A stretch of 64,000 nucleotides of DNA, from contig QCNM01000001.1 in the NCBI GenBank assembly GCA_003210115.1, forward strand, positions 13,510 through 77,509. Direction: 5' to 3'. Shown here piece after piece: positions 1 to 11,445 of this stretch. A model generated the notes under the pieces. The model worked only from the letters and a program-made list of their open reading frames with translations. It made no database searches and was not told where the DNA came from. Source of the stretch: SAR116 cluster bacterium AG-426-A06. Its GTDB lineage: Bacteria; Pseudomonadota; Alphaproteobacteria; Puniceispirillales; Marisalimonadaceae. The first letter of the stretch is position 1. Every line of letters starts with the position of its first letter. The translations under genes and the position numbers were made by a program.

Positions 1-1073
1 GAGTATAATAGAGATTTTTTTCTTTTTTCAGTTTTTGATTTAAGTTGACCACAAGCAGCCAATATATCATCACCTCTTGTTGATCTTATTGGAGTAGGAT
101 AGCCTGCTTTCATAATAATATTAGAAAAAAGTTTAATTTGTTCTGAAGTAGAAGTTTCATAAAAAGTCCCAGGCCAAGGATTAAAAGGTATCAAATTAAT
201 TTTTGAGGGTATTCCTTTAATTAAATCTAACAAATTGATAGCATCCTCTTTTCTATCATTAACATCTTTTAACATTACATATTCCCAGGTTATTCTTCTA
301 GAATTAGATAAACTTGGGTATTTTTTACACGCTTGTAAAAGAGTTGAAATATTGTATTTTTTATTTATTGGTACTAATTCATTTCTAAGCTTGTCATCAA
401 CAGCATGAAGAGAAATTGCTAAATTAACATCAAGATCTTTTCCACATTGCTCAATCATTGGCACAATCCCTGACGTAGACATTGTTATCCTTCTTTTTGA
501 AATACATAAACCGCTTGAAGACATAACTATCTTTAGCGCTTTTTTAACATTTTCGTAATTCAGTAAAGGTTCACCCATCCCCATCATAACTAGATTAGTA
601 ACTTTTCTATTTGTCTTACCCATTGGCCAATCATTTAAATGGTCAATAACAGTAAAAATTTGTCCTAAAATTTCGTAAGTAGATAGGTTTCTAACTAATT
701 TTTGAGTGCCAGTATTACAAAATGTACAACTCAATGTGCACCCAACTTGGCTAGAAATACAAATTGTTCCTCGCTTACCTTGTGGAATAAAAACAGTTTC
801 GATTAAACTTTTATCATCCATCTCTAATAACCATTTTATTGTTCCATCTTTACTTTTATGAACACTATTTATTTTCGGCCTAAATATGAATGAACATTCA
901 TTTAGCAATTCTCTAGTTTTTTTATCTAGATTTGTCATTTCTTGAAAATTAATTTTTCCAAAACAGTATATCCAATTCCAAATTTGTTTAGCTTTAAAGG
1001 GTTTTAATCCTAATTCTAAACAAAACTCTTCTAATTCAATTAGAGATAAATCAATAATGTTTTGTCTTTGCAT
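1..1073 (-). CDS. rlmN: Radical-SAM rRNA/tRNA adenine-C2 methyltransferase RlmN; 3' end cut by the window edge
   Basis: Not in the ORF track because it runs off the window. My minus-strand translation from the ATG at 1073 reads MQRQNIIDLSLIELEEF...IPQGKRGTICISSQVGCTLSCTFCNTGTQKLVRN...VMMGMGEPLLNYEN. The CxxxCxxC cluster motif and GMGEPL are RlmN/Cfr hallmarks. Confidence 0.85.
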   Translation of the reverse strand, partial: MQRQNIIDLSLIELEEFCLELGLKPFKAKQIWNWIYCFGKINFQEMTNLDKKTRELLNECSFIFRPKINSVHKSKDGTIKWLLEMDDKSLIETVFIPQGKRGTICISSQVGCTLSCTFCNTGTQKLVRNLSTYEILGQIFTVIDHLNDWPMGKTNRKVTNLVMMGMGEPLLNYENVKKALKIVMSSSGLCISKRRITMSTSGIVPMIEQCGKDLDVNLAISLHAVDDKLRNELVPINKKYNISTLLQACKKYPSLSNSRRITWEYVMLKDVNDRKEDAINLLDLIKGIPSKINLIPFNPWPGTFYETSTSEQIKLFSNIIMKAGYPTPIRSTRGDDILAACGQLKSKTEKRKKSLLY

Positions 1074-1080
1074 GAAAAAA

Positions 1081-1593
1081 TTACGAACAATTTTTGTCTA
1101 TTAGAGATAGCGCTTTTGTAAAACCACTTAAGGAATAATGATCTGTAACTACATTACCAGGAGATGATGTCCCTTCAATAATCAATTTATTTCCTTTTTT
1201 CATTTTTCTGACTAATATTTTGTCAATTTTAGGAGATTCTGACCATGCTCTGTCGTCAATTGGAAATAATAAAGTAGTATTTCTATCTATAGTAAATTTG
1301 ACCTTAGAATTCTTTTTATAATTAAAACCTGCGACAACTGAAATCTCATGATTTGTTCCATTTTTTACGTTAGTTACAAAGACATAAGTTTTACCTCTAT
1401 TACTTTTATTATATTTTCCATAAGACTTAAGTGGTTCAGAAGCTATAAAACAAGTTTTTCCATTTTTTTCTTTATTTGAGTAGGCTGTCCAGTCTTTATG
1501 TGTGCCAATAAATTTAGTTTTTGCTGAAGTATTAGTCGCAAATGGTATTATCAAGATTAGGGTAAATAATATTTTGATTAGCTGATTAAACAT
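1081..1593 (-). CDS. Secreted invasion-associated locus B (IalB)-like protein
   Basis: 170 aa with an N-terminal signal peptide. The W..A.....C pattern after the signal and a size of about 170 aa fit IalB. A position next to rlmN is common in alphaproteobacteria. Confidence 0.55.
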   Translation of the reverse strand: MFNQLIKILFTLILIIPFATNTSAKTKFIGTHKDWTAYSNKEKNGKTCFIASEPLKSYGKYNKSNRGKTYVFVTNVKNGTNHEISVVAGFNYKKNSKVKFTIDRNTTLLFPIDDRAWSESPKIDKILVRKMKKGNKLIIEGTSSPGNVVTDHYSLSGFTKALSLIDKNCS

Positions 1594-2053
1594 TACTAAG
1601 ATTAATATAATAATAAATCATGAATGTTACAACCACTACAGTCAAAAATCTTCTAAGTAGAATATACCAATTTAAATAAACTTTATATTGAAATAATATC
1701 TCATCTAAGATTTGACAAATTAAAAAACCTACAACAAGAAATATAATATTTAAATAATTTGAAACTATTACCGCTATGATAGCAAACATAAAAGGAATAA
1801 TTGATAATGCTGGCAATAGATAATTTAATTTTGAATTATTTTTAATATGGATATTAATTGATAAGCCCCAGTAAACACCACTTAAGAAACACAATATCGT
1901 TATTCCATACCAAATAGTGAGATCTATAGTTTTAATTTCAAAAAAATCTACTAAACCATTTTTTTCCATTATTGGAAGTCCATAAGGTATAAGGCCAAGC
2001 AGACCAATGATTATAAAAATGTACTTATTATTTTTATGAATTAAATTTTTCAT
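1586..2053 (-). CDS. DUF3429-family membrane protein
   Basis: 155 aa with 4 TM segments. GLLGLIPY, CFLSGVYWG and WYILLRRFLTVVVV resemble the conserved DUF3429 blocks. Confidence 0.55.
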   Translation of the reverse strand: MKNLIHKNNKYIFIIIGLLGLIPYGLPIMEKNGLVDFFEIKTIDLTIWYGITILCFLSGVYWGLSINIHIKNNSKLNYLLPALSIIPFMFAIIAVIVSNYLNIIFLVVGFLICQILDEILFQYKVYLNWYILLRRFLTVVVVTFMIYYYINLSNV

Positions 2054-2084
2054 TTAAACGTACTAATATTAAAAGATAGTTAAA

Positions 2085-2720
2085 ATGAACAGAAAAAAAC
2101 AAAAATTAATAGAAATATTTTTTATTACATTTTTTTTCTTCATTTTTATTATATTATTTCAACTACAAACTTTTGTTATAGTAATACTTTTAGTGGCAAG
2201 CTTAACAATAAGTTTATGCTTCAAAAATGATATAATAGAAATTATTCTTCCAAAAAATAAACACTTTTTATATTTCATTTTTTTTGACATTTTCTTAATC
2301 ATCTCAATGATTAAATTATTTGGAGATGAATTTCTTCTAAGCAATCTTGATTTAAAAAAATATTATTTTACATCAGTTTTGCTTCTATTTTACTTATTAT
2401 TTTCTGTTATACCTCAAGAAATAATTTTCAGATTTTTATTTTTTTATAAATACAAAGATTATTTCAATAAATTCGAAATCCTATTACTTAACTCCTTAGT
2501 ATTTTCTTTTTGCCATTTAATATATTTTGATATCTATATATTATTATTCTCTTTTTTTGGTAACTTATTATTCACGTTTAATTATATGCAAAATAAATCT
2601 TTGTTAGTGGTAATAGTAGAACATTTTTTACTTGGACAAACACTAATAATTTTGGGATTTTTTGAAAATTTTAATTTTTCACTTATAAAAAAACTTTATA
2701 ATTTAGTTCTTATCAACTAA
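2085..2720 (+). CDS. CPBP-family intramembrane metalloprotease (CAAX protease-like)
   Basis: Polytopic membrane protein with a [10 protein letters not shown] (EExxxR-type) motif and an FSFCH (FxxxH) motif. Confidence 0.6.
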   Translation: MNRKKQKLIEIFFITFFFFIFIILFQLQTFVIVILLVASLTISLCFKNDIIEIILPKNKHFLYFIFFDIFLIISMIKLFGDEFLLSNLDLKKYYFTSVLLLFYLLFSVIPQEIIFRFLFFYKYKDYFNKFEILLLNSLVFSFCHLIYFDIYILLFSFFGNLLFTFNYMQNKSLLVVIVEHFLLGQTLIILGFFENFNFSLIKKLYNLVLIN

Positions 2721-2730
2721 AGATATAAAT

Positions 2731-3936
2731 ATGAATATTAAAAAAGTCGTACTAGCTTATTCAGGAGGATTAGATACTTCTGTTATATTAAAATGGCTAA
2801 AAGAAAAATATAATTGTGAGGTAATCACTTTTACAGCTGATATTGGGCAGGGTGAAGAAGTTGAACCTGCAAGACAGAAGGCAAAGCAACATGGTGTTAA
2901 ACAAATTTTCATAGAAAATCTTAAAGAAGATTTTGTTAAAAATTATGTTTTTCCAATGTTTAGAGCTAATGCTTTATACGAAGGCGTCTACTTATTAGGA
3001 ACATCTATTGCAAGACCTTTAATTGCCAAACGACAAATTGAAATTGCCAAAGAAGTTAATGCTGAGGCTGTATCTCATGGCGCAACCGGAAAAGGAAATG
3101 ACCAAGTAAGATTTGAGCTCGCTTACTTAAGTTTAAATCCAAATATTAAAATTATTGCACCTTGGAGAGAGTGGGATCTTTCAAGTAGAACTAAATTAAT
3201 AGAATATGCTGAAAAAAATCAAATTGTAGTTCCAAAGGATAAAAGAGGTGAGGCTCCATTTAGTATTGACGCTAATTTATTACATATCTCAGCTGAAGGA
3301 AAAATTTTAGAGGATCCATGGATAGAACCAAGTGAATTAGTATTTTCACGCACTAAGTCACCTATAGATGCTAAAGATGAAGTCTCTGAAATCCACCTTA
3401 GATTTGATAAGGGAGATCCTGTGGAATTAAATGGAAAAAACTTATCTCCTGCTGAAATGCTACATCAATTAAACATTCTGGGTGGTGAAAATGGTATAGG
3501 AAGAATTGATATTGTAGAAAACCGGTTTGTTGGAATGAAATCTAGAGGTGTTTATGAAACTCCTGGGGGTACTATTTTATTTCATATGAGAAGAGCGATT
3601 GAATCAATTACTTTAGATAAAGGCGCATCTCATCTAAAGGATGAGTTAATGCCTAAATACGCAGAATTGATTTATAATGGATTTTGGTTTTCTCCAGAAA
3701 GACAAATGCTTCAAAAAGCGATTGATGAAAGTCAAAAAAACGTTAATGGAGTTGTTAGAGCAAAATTATATAAAGGAAATGTTATAATTACAGGAAGGAA
3801 ATCGCCAAACTCTCTTTATGATGAAGACTTGGTGACATTTGAAGATGGTTCATTTAATTATAACCATCATGACGCTGAAGGCTTTATTAAATTAAACGCC
3901 CTCAGACTCATGATGAATAATATTAAACAAAAATAA
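2731..3936 (+). CDS. argG: Argininosuccinate synthase
   Basis: 401 aa. [13 protein letters not shown]-terminal ATP-pyrophosphatase motif, [13 protein letters not shown] and [14 protein letters not shown]. Confidence 0.95.
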   Translation: MNIKKVVLAYSGGLDTSVILKWLKEKYNCEVITFTADIGQGEEVEPARQKAKQHGVKQIFIENLKEDFVKNYVFPMFRANALYEGVYLLGTSIARPLIAKRQIEIAKEVNAEAVSHGATGKGNDQVRFELAYLSLNPNIKIIAPWREWDLSSRTKLIEYAEKNQIVVPKDKRGEAPFSIDANLLHISAEGKILEDPWIEPSELVFSRTKSPIDAKDEVSEIHLRFDKGDPVELNGKNLSPAEMLHQLNILGGENGIGRIDIVENRFVGMKSRGVYETPGGTILFHMRRAIESITLDKGASHLKDELMPKYAELIYNGFWFSPERQMLQKAIDESQKNVNGVVRAKLYKGNVIITGRKSPNSLYDEDLVTFEDGSFNYNHHDAEGFIKLNALRLMMNNIKQK

Positions 3937-3939
3937 ATT

Positions 3940-4170
3940 TTAATTACTACATATTTCTCCAATGGAACCATCGTTTGACTTTTGTTTAAGTATAACTTTA
4001 CCAGTCGGAGCTAATACATAGCTTTTATTATATGGACCTGATTGACATGATGTTGCTTTTACAAATTGATATTCAATCTTATTATGTTTGTTAGCTTCAA
4101 CTAGAAAGTTTTTTACATTTTTGTCATTTATAGCAAATAATGAGTATAGTAATAAAATACCTGCTTCCAT
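3940..4170 (-). CDS. Small hypothetical protein (possible signal peptide, two Cys)
   Basis: 76-aa ORF filling the gap after argG. No recognisable family. Confidence 0.3.
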   Translation of the reverse strand: MEAGILLLYSLFAINDKNVKNFLVEANKHNKIEYQFVKATSCQSGPYNKSYVLAPTGKVILKQKSNDGSIGEICSN

Positions 4171-4349
4171 TTAATTCTCCTTTTAATGTAATCTAAATAT
4201 TATATATTAAGACGACCATAATTTGATCAAATCAGGCATTTTTTTGACTATTAATTCTGTCTTTACATTAGATCATTTAATATTAAAGTTGTTAGTTAAT
4301 AATTAATAAAGAGATAAAATTGAATAAACTAAAAAAACTAAATGATACA

Positions 4350-5327
4350 ATGAAAGCTATTGAGATTGTAAAGTTTGGAGGACCTGAAAATTTGAAATTA
4401 AAACTTAGAAATATACCTAAGTTGAAAAAAGGGGAAATACTTATAAAGGTTCATTATGCTGGAGTAAATAGGCCAGATATACTTCAAAGAGAAGGTAATT
4501 ATCCGGTTCCAAAAACCGCAAGTGACATTCCAGGCTTAGAAGTTTCTGGTATAGTTGTAGATAGAGAAAAATCTGCTACCAAATATCCAGTAGGTTCTAA
4601 AATATGTGCTTTATGTCATGGTGGGGGTTACGCTGAGTATGTTGCAGTTAATCAAGATCATTGTTTGCCCATACCAAAAAAAATAAGTTTAGAGGAAGCA
4701 GCTTGTATACCTGAAACTTTTATTACAGTATGGAGCAATGTATTTTTGAGAGGTGGGCTCAAAAAGAATGAGAGTATTTTAATTCATGGTGGAGCCAGTG
4801 GTATTGGAACAACAGCAATACAACTTGCTAAAATATTTGGAGCTAAAGTATATGCAACAGCAGGTTCTGCAAAGAAATGTGCTGAAGTTAAAAAACTTGG
4901 TGCAATTGAATGCATCAATTATAAAAAGGAAAATTTTGAAAAAAAAATCAATTTATTAACAAAAGAAAAGGGCGTTAATTTAATCTTAGATATGGTTGCT
5001 GGAGACTATGTAGAAAGAAATTTAAAATGCCTTTCAGAAGATGGGAAACTTGTAATAATAGCTGTACAAGGAGGTTTAAAAGGTAACTTAAATTTTGGAT
5101 ATCTAATGAGAAAAAGATATACTATTACTGGTTCAACTTTAAGGCCTCAAGAAGATAAAATTAAGGCATCATATGTAAGAAGTTTAATTAAACATGTATG
5201 GCCTTTTTTAGAAAAAAGGCAAGTAGTACCGATAATTCAAAAATGTTTTGGTTTATCTAAAGTTTCTTTTGCTCATAAAGCTCTAGAAAAGGGAGACCAT
5301 GTTGGTAAATTTGTGCTGAAAATTTAA
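4350..5327 (+). CDS. qor: NAD(P)H:quinone oxidoreductase, zinc-type alcohol dehydrogenase superfamily
   Basis: MKAIEIVKFGGPENL..., GVNRPD, and the GGASGIGTTAIQLAK Rossmann motif. The ORF track starts at TTG 4320, but ATG 4350 gives the family-typical N-terminus. Confidence 0.8.
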   Translation: MKAIEIVKFGGPENLKLKLRNIPKLKKGEILIKVHYAGVNRPDILQREGNYPVPKTASDIPGLEVSGIVVDREKSATKYPVGSKICALCHGGGYAEYVAVNQDHCLPIPKKISLEEAACIPETFITVWSNVFLRGGLKKNESILIHGGASGIGTTAIQLAKIFGAKVYATAGSAKKCAEVKKLGAIECINYKKENFEKKINLLTKEKGVNLILDMVAGDYVERNLKCLSEDGKLVIIAVQGGLKGNLNFGYLMRKRYTITGSTLRPQEDKIKASYVRSLIKHVWPFLEKRQVVPIIQKCFGLSKVSFAHKALEKGDHVGKFVLKI

Positions 5328-7210
5328 ATTATATTAAAGTTTTTTAAAGCGATTTTACAATCATCAAACACATTGGGATTTTCAACTGTTGGTGGCATAG
5401 TCCATTGATCTTTATTAATTATACTTCTAATTGTTTTTCTCAGTATTTTACCAGATCTTGTTTTTGGAAGGGCTTGAACAACAGCTACTTTTTTAAAAGA
5501 AGCTACAGGACCAATTTCTTTTCTAACCAAATCAATAATTTCATTACAAATTTCAGAATGTTCTCTGTTACAACCAGCATTTAAACAAGCCAATCCTACT
5601 GGCACTTCTCCTTTTAATTCATCTTTAACACCAACTACAGCACACTCAGCAACATCAGAGTGATTTGAAATAACTTCTTCCATTGCACCTGTAGATAGCC
5701 TGTGACCTGCAGTGTTTATTACATCATCTGTTCTTGACATAACAAAGATATAACCATCATCGTCAATATAACCTGCATCACCTGTTTCGTAATATCCTGG
5801 AAATTTAGATAAATATGATTGTATAAACCTATCATCAGCAGCCCAAAGAGTTGGAAGGCAAGATGGTGGTAATGGTAGTTTTATGCATATTGATCCTAAC
5901 TCATTTGATGATAATTTTTCTCCATTATCATCTAAAATATCAATCTCATACCCCGGCAAAGAGACTGTTGGAGAACCTTTTTTAATTGGTAGCAATTCAA
6001 TACCTGTTGGATTTGCAGCAATAGGCCAACCTGTCTCTGTTTGCCACCAATGATCAACAATTGGTATATTTAATTTATTTTCTAACCACAGAACAGTATC
6101 TGGATCAGCTCTTTCTCCTGCTAAAAACAAAGTCTCTAATGATTTAAGCTTTTCTTTATCAATGTATTTGCCTTCATTATCTTCCTTTTTTACAGCTCTT
6201 AAAGCAGTAGGAGCAGTAAAAAATGACTTTACCTTATATTCACTAACAATTCTCCAAAAAGTTCCTGCGTCTGGAGTTCCAACAGGTTTCCCTTCAAATA
6301 AAACTGTTGAACAACCGTGAAATAACGGAGCATATATAATATAGGAATGTCCTACAACCCAGCCAATATCTGAAGCTGCCCAAAAAACTTCTCCAGGATT
6401 CATATTGTAAACATTTTTCATGGACCATTTCAATGAAACAAGATGACCAGCATTATCTCTTACAACACCTTTAGGTTGTCCTGTAGTTCCTGAAGTATAT
6501 AAAATATATAATGGGTCATTACCATTTACTGGTACTGGAGCAGCAGGCTTAACATCTTTAATTGCCTCATCCCAAGAAATATCTAAACCTGCATTTAATT
6601 TTACTATTAATTGTTCTCTTTGAAAAATTATACAGTTTTTAACTTTATGATTTGACAATTTTATTGCCTCATCCAAAAGAGGTTTGTACTCTACAATTCT
6701 GCCTGGTTCAATACCGCAAGAAGCAGAGATAATAAGTTTAGGTGAACAATCATCAATTCTTACTGCAAGTTCTTTAGCTGCAAATCCTCCAAAAACAACA
6801 GAATGTACAGCTCCAATTCTAGCTATTGCTAAAACAGCTATAATAGCTTCAGGTATCATAGGCATATAAACTATAACTCTATCACCTTTTGATATATTAT
6901 ATCTCTTTAAGGCACCGGCAAATTTTTGAACTTTGGACTTTAATTCATTATAGGTTAGTTTTGATTTTGAATTAGTTATTGGACTATCGTAATAAACAGC
7001 AACCTGATCTCCTCTTCCTTCTAAAATATTTTTATCTACAGCATTGTAACATGTGTTCAAAATACCGTCTGAAAACCATTCATAAAAATAGTCACTTTTC
7101 TTTTTTAAAATTTTTTCAGGAAATTTAATCCAGGAAACATCTTCGGCATTTTTTTTCCAAAATTCAATTGGATTATTCTTCCATCCTTCATAAATTTCCG
7201 AATATTTCAT
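5324..7210 (-). CDS. prpE: Propionyl-CoA synthetase / acyl-CoA synthetase (AMP-forming)
   Basis: 628 aa. YTSGTTGQPKG AMP-binding motif, a WWQTETG block, and [10 protein letters not shown] at the C-terminus. It is adjacent to mcm and the pcc genes. Confidence 0.8.
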   Translation of the reverse strand: MKYSEIYEGWKNNPIEFWKKNAEDVSWIKFPEKILKKKSDYFYEWFSDGILNTCYNAVDKNILEGRGDQVAVYYDSPITNSKSKLTYNELKSKVQKFAGALKRYNISKGDRVIVYMPMIPEAIIAVLAIARIGAVHSVVFGGFAAKELAVRIDDCSPKLIISASCGIEPGRIVEYKPLLDEAIKLSNHKVKNCIIFQREQLIVKLNAGLDISWDEAIKDVKPAAPVPVNGNDPLYILYTSGTTGQPKGVVRDNAGHLVSLKWSMKNVYNMNPGEVFWAASDIGWVVGHSYIIYAPLFHGCSTVLFEGKPVGTPDAGTFWRIVSEYKVKSFFTAPTALRAVKKEDNEGKYIDKEKLKSLETLFLAGERADPDTVLWLENKLNIPIVDHWWQTETGWPIAANPTGIELLPIKKGSPTVSLPGYEIDILDDNGEKLSSNELGSICIKLPLPPSCLPTLWAADDRFIQSYLSKFPGYYETGDAGYIDDDGYIFVMSRTDDVINTAGHRLSTGAMEEVISNHSDVAECAVVGVKDELKGEVPVGLACLNAGCNREHSEICNEIIDLVRKEIGPVASFKKVAVVQALPKTRSGKILRKTIRSIINKDQWTMPPTVENPNVFDDCKIALKNFNII

Positions 7211-7212
7211 TT

Positions 7213-9414
7213 CTAAACAATCCTAGATTTTCTATAATTATGCATTCTTTTTAAATGATCAGTTGTATTTTCAATTACCTTATGAGCTGCATCAACTACT
7301 GAGGACCCTGGTCCAAAAATCTCAGACACTCCAGCATCATAAAGAAATTGATAATCTTTTTTAGGTATTACACCTCCACAAAAGACTAGAATATCATCTG
7401 CCTTTCTCTTTTTTAATTCTTTGATTAAATCTGGAATTAAAGTTTTATGACCTGCGGCAAGAGATGAAATACCAATCACATGTGCATTTTTTTTAAGGGC
7501 TTCGTCTACCGCCTCAGCAGGAGATTGAAATAAATTGCCAACTTCAACATTTATACCAAAATCAGAAAAAGCAGATGAGATAACTTTAGCTCCTCTGTCA
7601 TGTCCATCTTGTCCTAACTTAGCCATATATATAGTAATAGTTTCATTATCTATTTGCTTAAATTTATCTAAAGAAATTTTAATTTTTTTAAGTTCATTTT
7701 GATCATCAAAAGTATTTGCATAAACTTCTGTAACTATAGATTGTTTCGTTTCATAGCGAGTATAGACTTTTTCTAATGCAAAAGATGTTTCACCTACTGT
7801 TGCTCTATTTCTCATAGCTTCAACAAATAAGGAAAGCAAATTTTCATTTTTATTTTTAGCTGCATTAGTAATTTTTTCTAAAGACTGATTTACAAGGTTA
7901 TTATCTCTTTCAGATTTGATTTTATCTAATTTTTCAATCTGTTCTTTTCTAACTTGAATGTTGTCAATATCTAGGATGTTAACTTCATCTAAATGATCTG
8001 ATTTAAATTCATTAACACCAACAATAATTTCTTTTTTAGAATCTATTCTTGCCTGTTTCTCAGTTGCTGATTTTTCTATTTCTGATTTTGGAAAACCACT
8101 TTCAATGGCTTTTGTCATTCCACCCATATCATTAATTTTCTCAATAATTTTATTTGCATTTTGAATTAACTCATTTGTTAAATTCTCAACATAATAACTT
8201 CCTGCCAAAGGATCTACTACATCAGTCACCCCTGTTTCATTTTGAAGAATTAACTGTGTATTTCTAGCGATTTTAGCAGAAAATTCAGTAGGTAATGCTA
8301 TAGCCTCATCAAATGAGTTTGTATGCAAAGATTGAGTTCCTCCTAGAACACCTGCTAATGCTTCGATTGTAGTTCTTACAATATTATTATAGGGATCTTG
8401 TTCTTGAAGACTTGCTCCAGATGTTTGACAGTGCGTTCTTAAAACTTGTGATTTAGGGTTTTGATTATTAAATAATTTTTTTACCCAATAAGACCATAAA
8501 TATCTAGCAGCTCTTAATTTTGAAGCTTCCATAAAAAAATTCATACCAATAGCAAAAAAGAAAGATAATCTAGGAGCAAATTTATCTACATCCAAACCTC
8601 TATCCACTGCAGCTCTGATATATTCCAAACCATCAGATACTGTAAAAGCCAATTCTTGGACTAAATTAGCTCCAGCCTCTTGCATGTGATAACCAGAGAT
8701 AGAAATTGAATTAAATTTTGGCATTTTTTCAGATGTGTAAGAAATAATATCTGATACAATTCTCATTGAAGGTTCAGGAGGATAGATATAAGTATTCCTA
8801 ACCATGAATTCTTTTAAAATATCATTTTGAATTGTTCCACTCAATTGTTCAATAGGAACTCCTTGTTCTTCACCAGCAACTATAAAACTAGCGAGTACAG
8901 GTAAGACAGCTCCGTTCATGGTCATAGATACAGACATTTTGTCAAGAGGTATTCCGTCAAAAAGAATTTTCATATCCTCAACAGTATCGATAGCTACACC
9001 AGCCTTACCAACATCAGCACGAACTCTTTCATTGTCTGAATCGTAGCCTCTATGGGTTGCTAAATCAAAAGCAATAGACAACCCCTTTTGTCCAGCTGCA
9101 ATGTTTTTTTTATAAAATTTATTTGATTCCTTAGCTGTAGAAAAACCTGAATATTGTCTTACAGTCCAAGGTCTAGACGTATACATTGTTGCCTTAGGGC
9201 CTCTTACAAATGGTTCAATACCAGGTAAAGAATTCATATGATTTAAATCTTCTAAATCATCTTTAGTGTATAATGGCTTAACTTTAATGCCTTCGGGAGT
9301 TTCTTTAATTAATCGATCTGTTTTTATTCCTTTTAGTTCGTCTAAAGCAATTTTTTCCCAATCAAAAATATTATATTTCTTACTCATAATTTGATAATCA
9401 TACCTAAAATTCAA
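7213..9414 (-). CDS. mcm: Methylmalonyl-CoA mutase, single-chain, B12-dependent
   Basis: 733 aa. [23 protein letters not shown], and a C-terminal B12-binding domain ([11 protein letters not shown]). The start may be the internal [10 protein letters not shown] at 9387. Confidence 0.9.
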   Translation of the reverse strand: MNFRYDYQIMSKKYNIFDWEKIALDELKGIKTDRLIKETPEGIKVKPLYTKDDLEDLNHMNSLPGIEPFVRGPKATMYTSRPWTVRQYSGFSTAKESNKFYKKNIAAGQKGLSIAFDLATHRGYDSDNERVRADVGKAGVAIDTVEDMKILFDGIPLDKMSVSMTMNGAVLPVLASFIVAGEEQGVPIEQLSGTIQNDILKEFMVRNTYIYPPEPSMRIVSDIISYTSEKMPKFNSISISGYHMQEAGANLVQELAFTVSDGLEYIRAAVDRGLDVDKFAPRLSFFFAIGMNFFMEASKLRAARYLWSYWVKKLFNNQNPKSQVLRTHCQTSGASLQEQDPYNNIVRTTIEALAGVLGGTQSLHTNSFDEAIALPTEFSAKIARNTQLILQNETGVTDVVDPLAGSYYVENLTNELIQNANKIIEKINDMGGMTKAIESGFPKSEIEKSATEKQARIDSKKEIIVGVNEFKSDHLDEVNILDIDNIQVRKEQIEKLDKIKSERDNNLVNQSLEKITNAAKNKNENLLSLFVEAMRNRATVGETSFALEKVYTRYETKQSIVTEVYANTFDDQNELKKIKISLDKFKQIDNETITIYMAKLGQDGHDRGAKVISSAFSDFGINVEVGNLFQSPAEAVDEALKKNAHVIGISSLAAGHKTLIPDLIKELKKRKADDILVFCGGVIPKKDYQFLYDAGVSEIFGPGSSVVDAAHKVIENTTDHLKRMHNYRKSRIV

Positions 9415-11437
9415 TAATTATATCATCAACTTTCAAAAGATCGTTAACTTTAAAGTTAATTTTTTTTACCTTTCCTTTTAAAGAAGACACCAACGTATTT
9501 TCCATTTTCATTGCTTCAACTATGCACAAATTTTGTCCGATCTCAATTTTATCTCCAACTTTTACAAACAATTCAATCAACTTTCCAGGCATTGGGCATA
9601 TTAAATTATTTTTATTTTCTTGATCCTCAACTTTTTTCATAAATTTAGATAATTCTAAATTAACTGTATCTCTCGTAATACCTTTTACAGATGATCCTCT
9701 AAAATCAATCTGATAATAAGGAAAGCAATAATTTAATTTTAAAAAAGTGCTTAATAATATTTGATCATCTTCATAAATATTTATATTTATTAAATTTGTC
9801 TGAAAATCTATCTGATGATGTACTCTTAATTTATTATACATTTTATAAAGTAAATCTAAATTTCCATCTAATTTGCTTATTTCAAACATTTTGTTTTCTA
9901 ATCTTATAATGTATTCATCTGACAAATATTTTTTGTTATCAAAAAAATCAAACAGCTCCACAGATGTTCTTTTTTGAAATTTTTTAAGATTTAGATCTCT
10001 GATGTCATTTTCTGCGCTTAAAGTGAGGATAATTATTTCAAATAAACTTTTATATTGCTTTATTGGAAGACCTTTAAATCCATTTTCAAATTCTTTTTCA
10101 ATGAATGCGGTTGAAATTTCACCATCAATAAATTTAGGATTTAAATAAATTGATGAGAGAAAAGATAAATTATTTTTCAATCCACTAATACAAAATTGAT
10201 CAAGTGCTTTTTCCATATATTTAATTGCACTTTTTCTATCTTTTCCCCAAGTTGATAATTTAGCAATCATAGGATCATAGAAAATAGATATTTCGTCACC
10301 TTCTTTTACGCCAGTATCATTTCTTATTTCGAAACCTATAGATTTATCCTCACATGGAGGACTATATTTTGTCAATCTGCCTATAGAAGGTAAAAAACCT
10401 TTATAGGGATCTTCTGCGTATATACGACTTTCAAAAGCCCAACCATTCAACTTTATGTCTTTTTGAGAGAATGATAATTTTTTATTATTAGCTACATTGA
10501 ACATTTCATGTACTAAATCAAGTCCTGTTACCATTTCTGTAACGGGATGTTCAACTTGAAGTCTTGTATTCATTTCTAAGAAATAAAAATTTTTATCTTT
10601 ATCAACAATGAATTCAACTGTCCCAGCACTTGAATATTCTACTTCTTCTGCAAGCATGATGGCTTGCTTTGACATATTTCTTCTCAGCGCTTCATCTACA
10701 AAAGAAGATGGAGCCTCCTCAATCACTTTTTGATTTCTTCTTTGAATTGAACATTCTCTCTCTCCAAGTGAAACAACATTTCCATAATTATCTGCGATTA
10801 TTTGTATTTCTATATGCCTGGGTTCAACCAAGTATTTTTCTATAAATAATCTTTTATCTCCAAAACTATTTTTAGCTTCACTTGAAGCTCTTAAAAAAGC
10901 GTCTTCAACTTCTTCCTCACTATTAACAATTCTCATTCCTTTTCCACCGCCACCAGCACTAGCTTTTACAATTACTGGAAAACCAATTTTATTAGCAATT
11001 TCTTTAGCGTGATCCACATCATTTATCTCACCGATAAAACCTGGAACAACATTTACACTTGCTTTTTTGGCAATCATTTTTGATTTGATTTTGTCACCCA
11101 TAGAAATTATCGCATTTTCAGATGGGCCAATAAATATAATTTTATTTTTAGATAGCTCTCTTACAAAATTAGGATTTTCAGACAAAAAACCATACCCTGG
11201 ATGGACGGCATCAACTTGAGCCTTGTTACAAATTTCAATTATCTTTGATATATTTAAATAGCTCTTTGAGGCCTCTGATGTACCTAAATAATAACTCTCA
11301 TCTGACATAAGTACATGTTCAGCATTAATATCCGAATCTGAATAAATTGAAACAGTTTTAATTTTAAGTTTCTTTGCCGTTTTTATTATTCTACAAGCTA
11401 TTTCACCCCTATTAGCAATTAAAATTTTTTTTATCAT
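9404..11437 (-). CDS. pccA: Propionyl-CoA carboxylase alpha subunit (biotin carboxylase + BCCP)
   Basis: 677 aa. [22 protein letters not shown], and the C-terminal biotinyl motif EAMKME. Confidence 0.9.
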   Translation of the reverse strand: MIKKILIANRGEIACRIIKTAKKLKIKTVSIYSDSDINAEHVLMSDESYYLGTSEASKSYLNISKIIEICNKAQVDAVHPGYGFLSENPNFVRELSKNKIIFIGPSENAIISMGDKIKSKMIAKKASVNVVPGFIGEINDVDHAKEIANKIGFPVIVKASAGGGGKGMRIVNSEEEVEDAFLRASSEAKNSFGDKRLFIEKYLVEPRHIEIQIIADNYGNVVSLGERECSIQRRNQKVIEEAPSSFVDEALRRNMSKQAIMLAEEVEYSSAGTVEFIVDKDKNFYFLEMNTRLQVEHPVTEMVTGLDLVHEMFNVANNKKLSFSQKDIKLNGWAFESRIYAEDPYKGFLPSIGRLTKYSPPCEDKSIGFEIRNDTGVKEGDEISIFYDPMIAKLSTWGKDRKSAIKYMEKALDQFCISGLKNNLSFLSSIYLNPKFIDGEISTAFIEKEFENGFKGLPIKQYKSLFEIIILTLSAENDIRDLNLKKFQKRTSVELFDFFDNKKYLSDEYIIRLENKMFEISKLDGNLDLLYKMYNKLRVHHQIDFQTNLININIYEDDQILLSTFLKLNYCFPYYQIDFRGSSVKGITRDTVNLELSKFMKKVEDQENKNNLICPMPGKLIELFVKVGDKIEIGQNLCIVEAMKMENTLVSSLKGKVKKINFKVNDLLKVDDIIIEF

Positions 11438-11445
11438 TTATGTCC

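Noticed and set aside
2159-2344. 61-aa minus-strand ORF
   Set aside because: It lies antisense inside the CPBP protease gene. It is a low-complexity, K/I-rich artefact of AT-rich sequence.
6684-6869. 61-aa plus-strand ORF
   Set aside because: It is antisense within prpE, which has strong family motifs.
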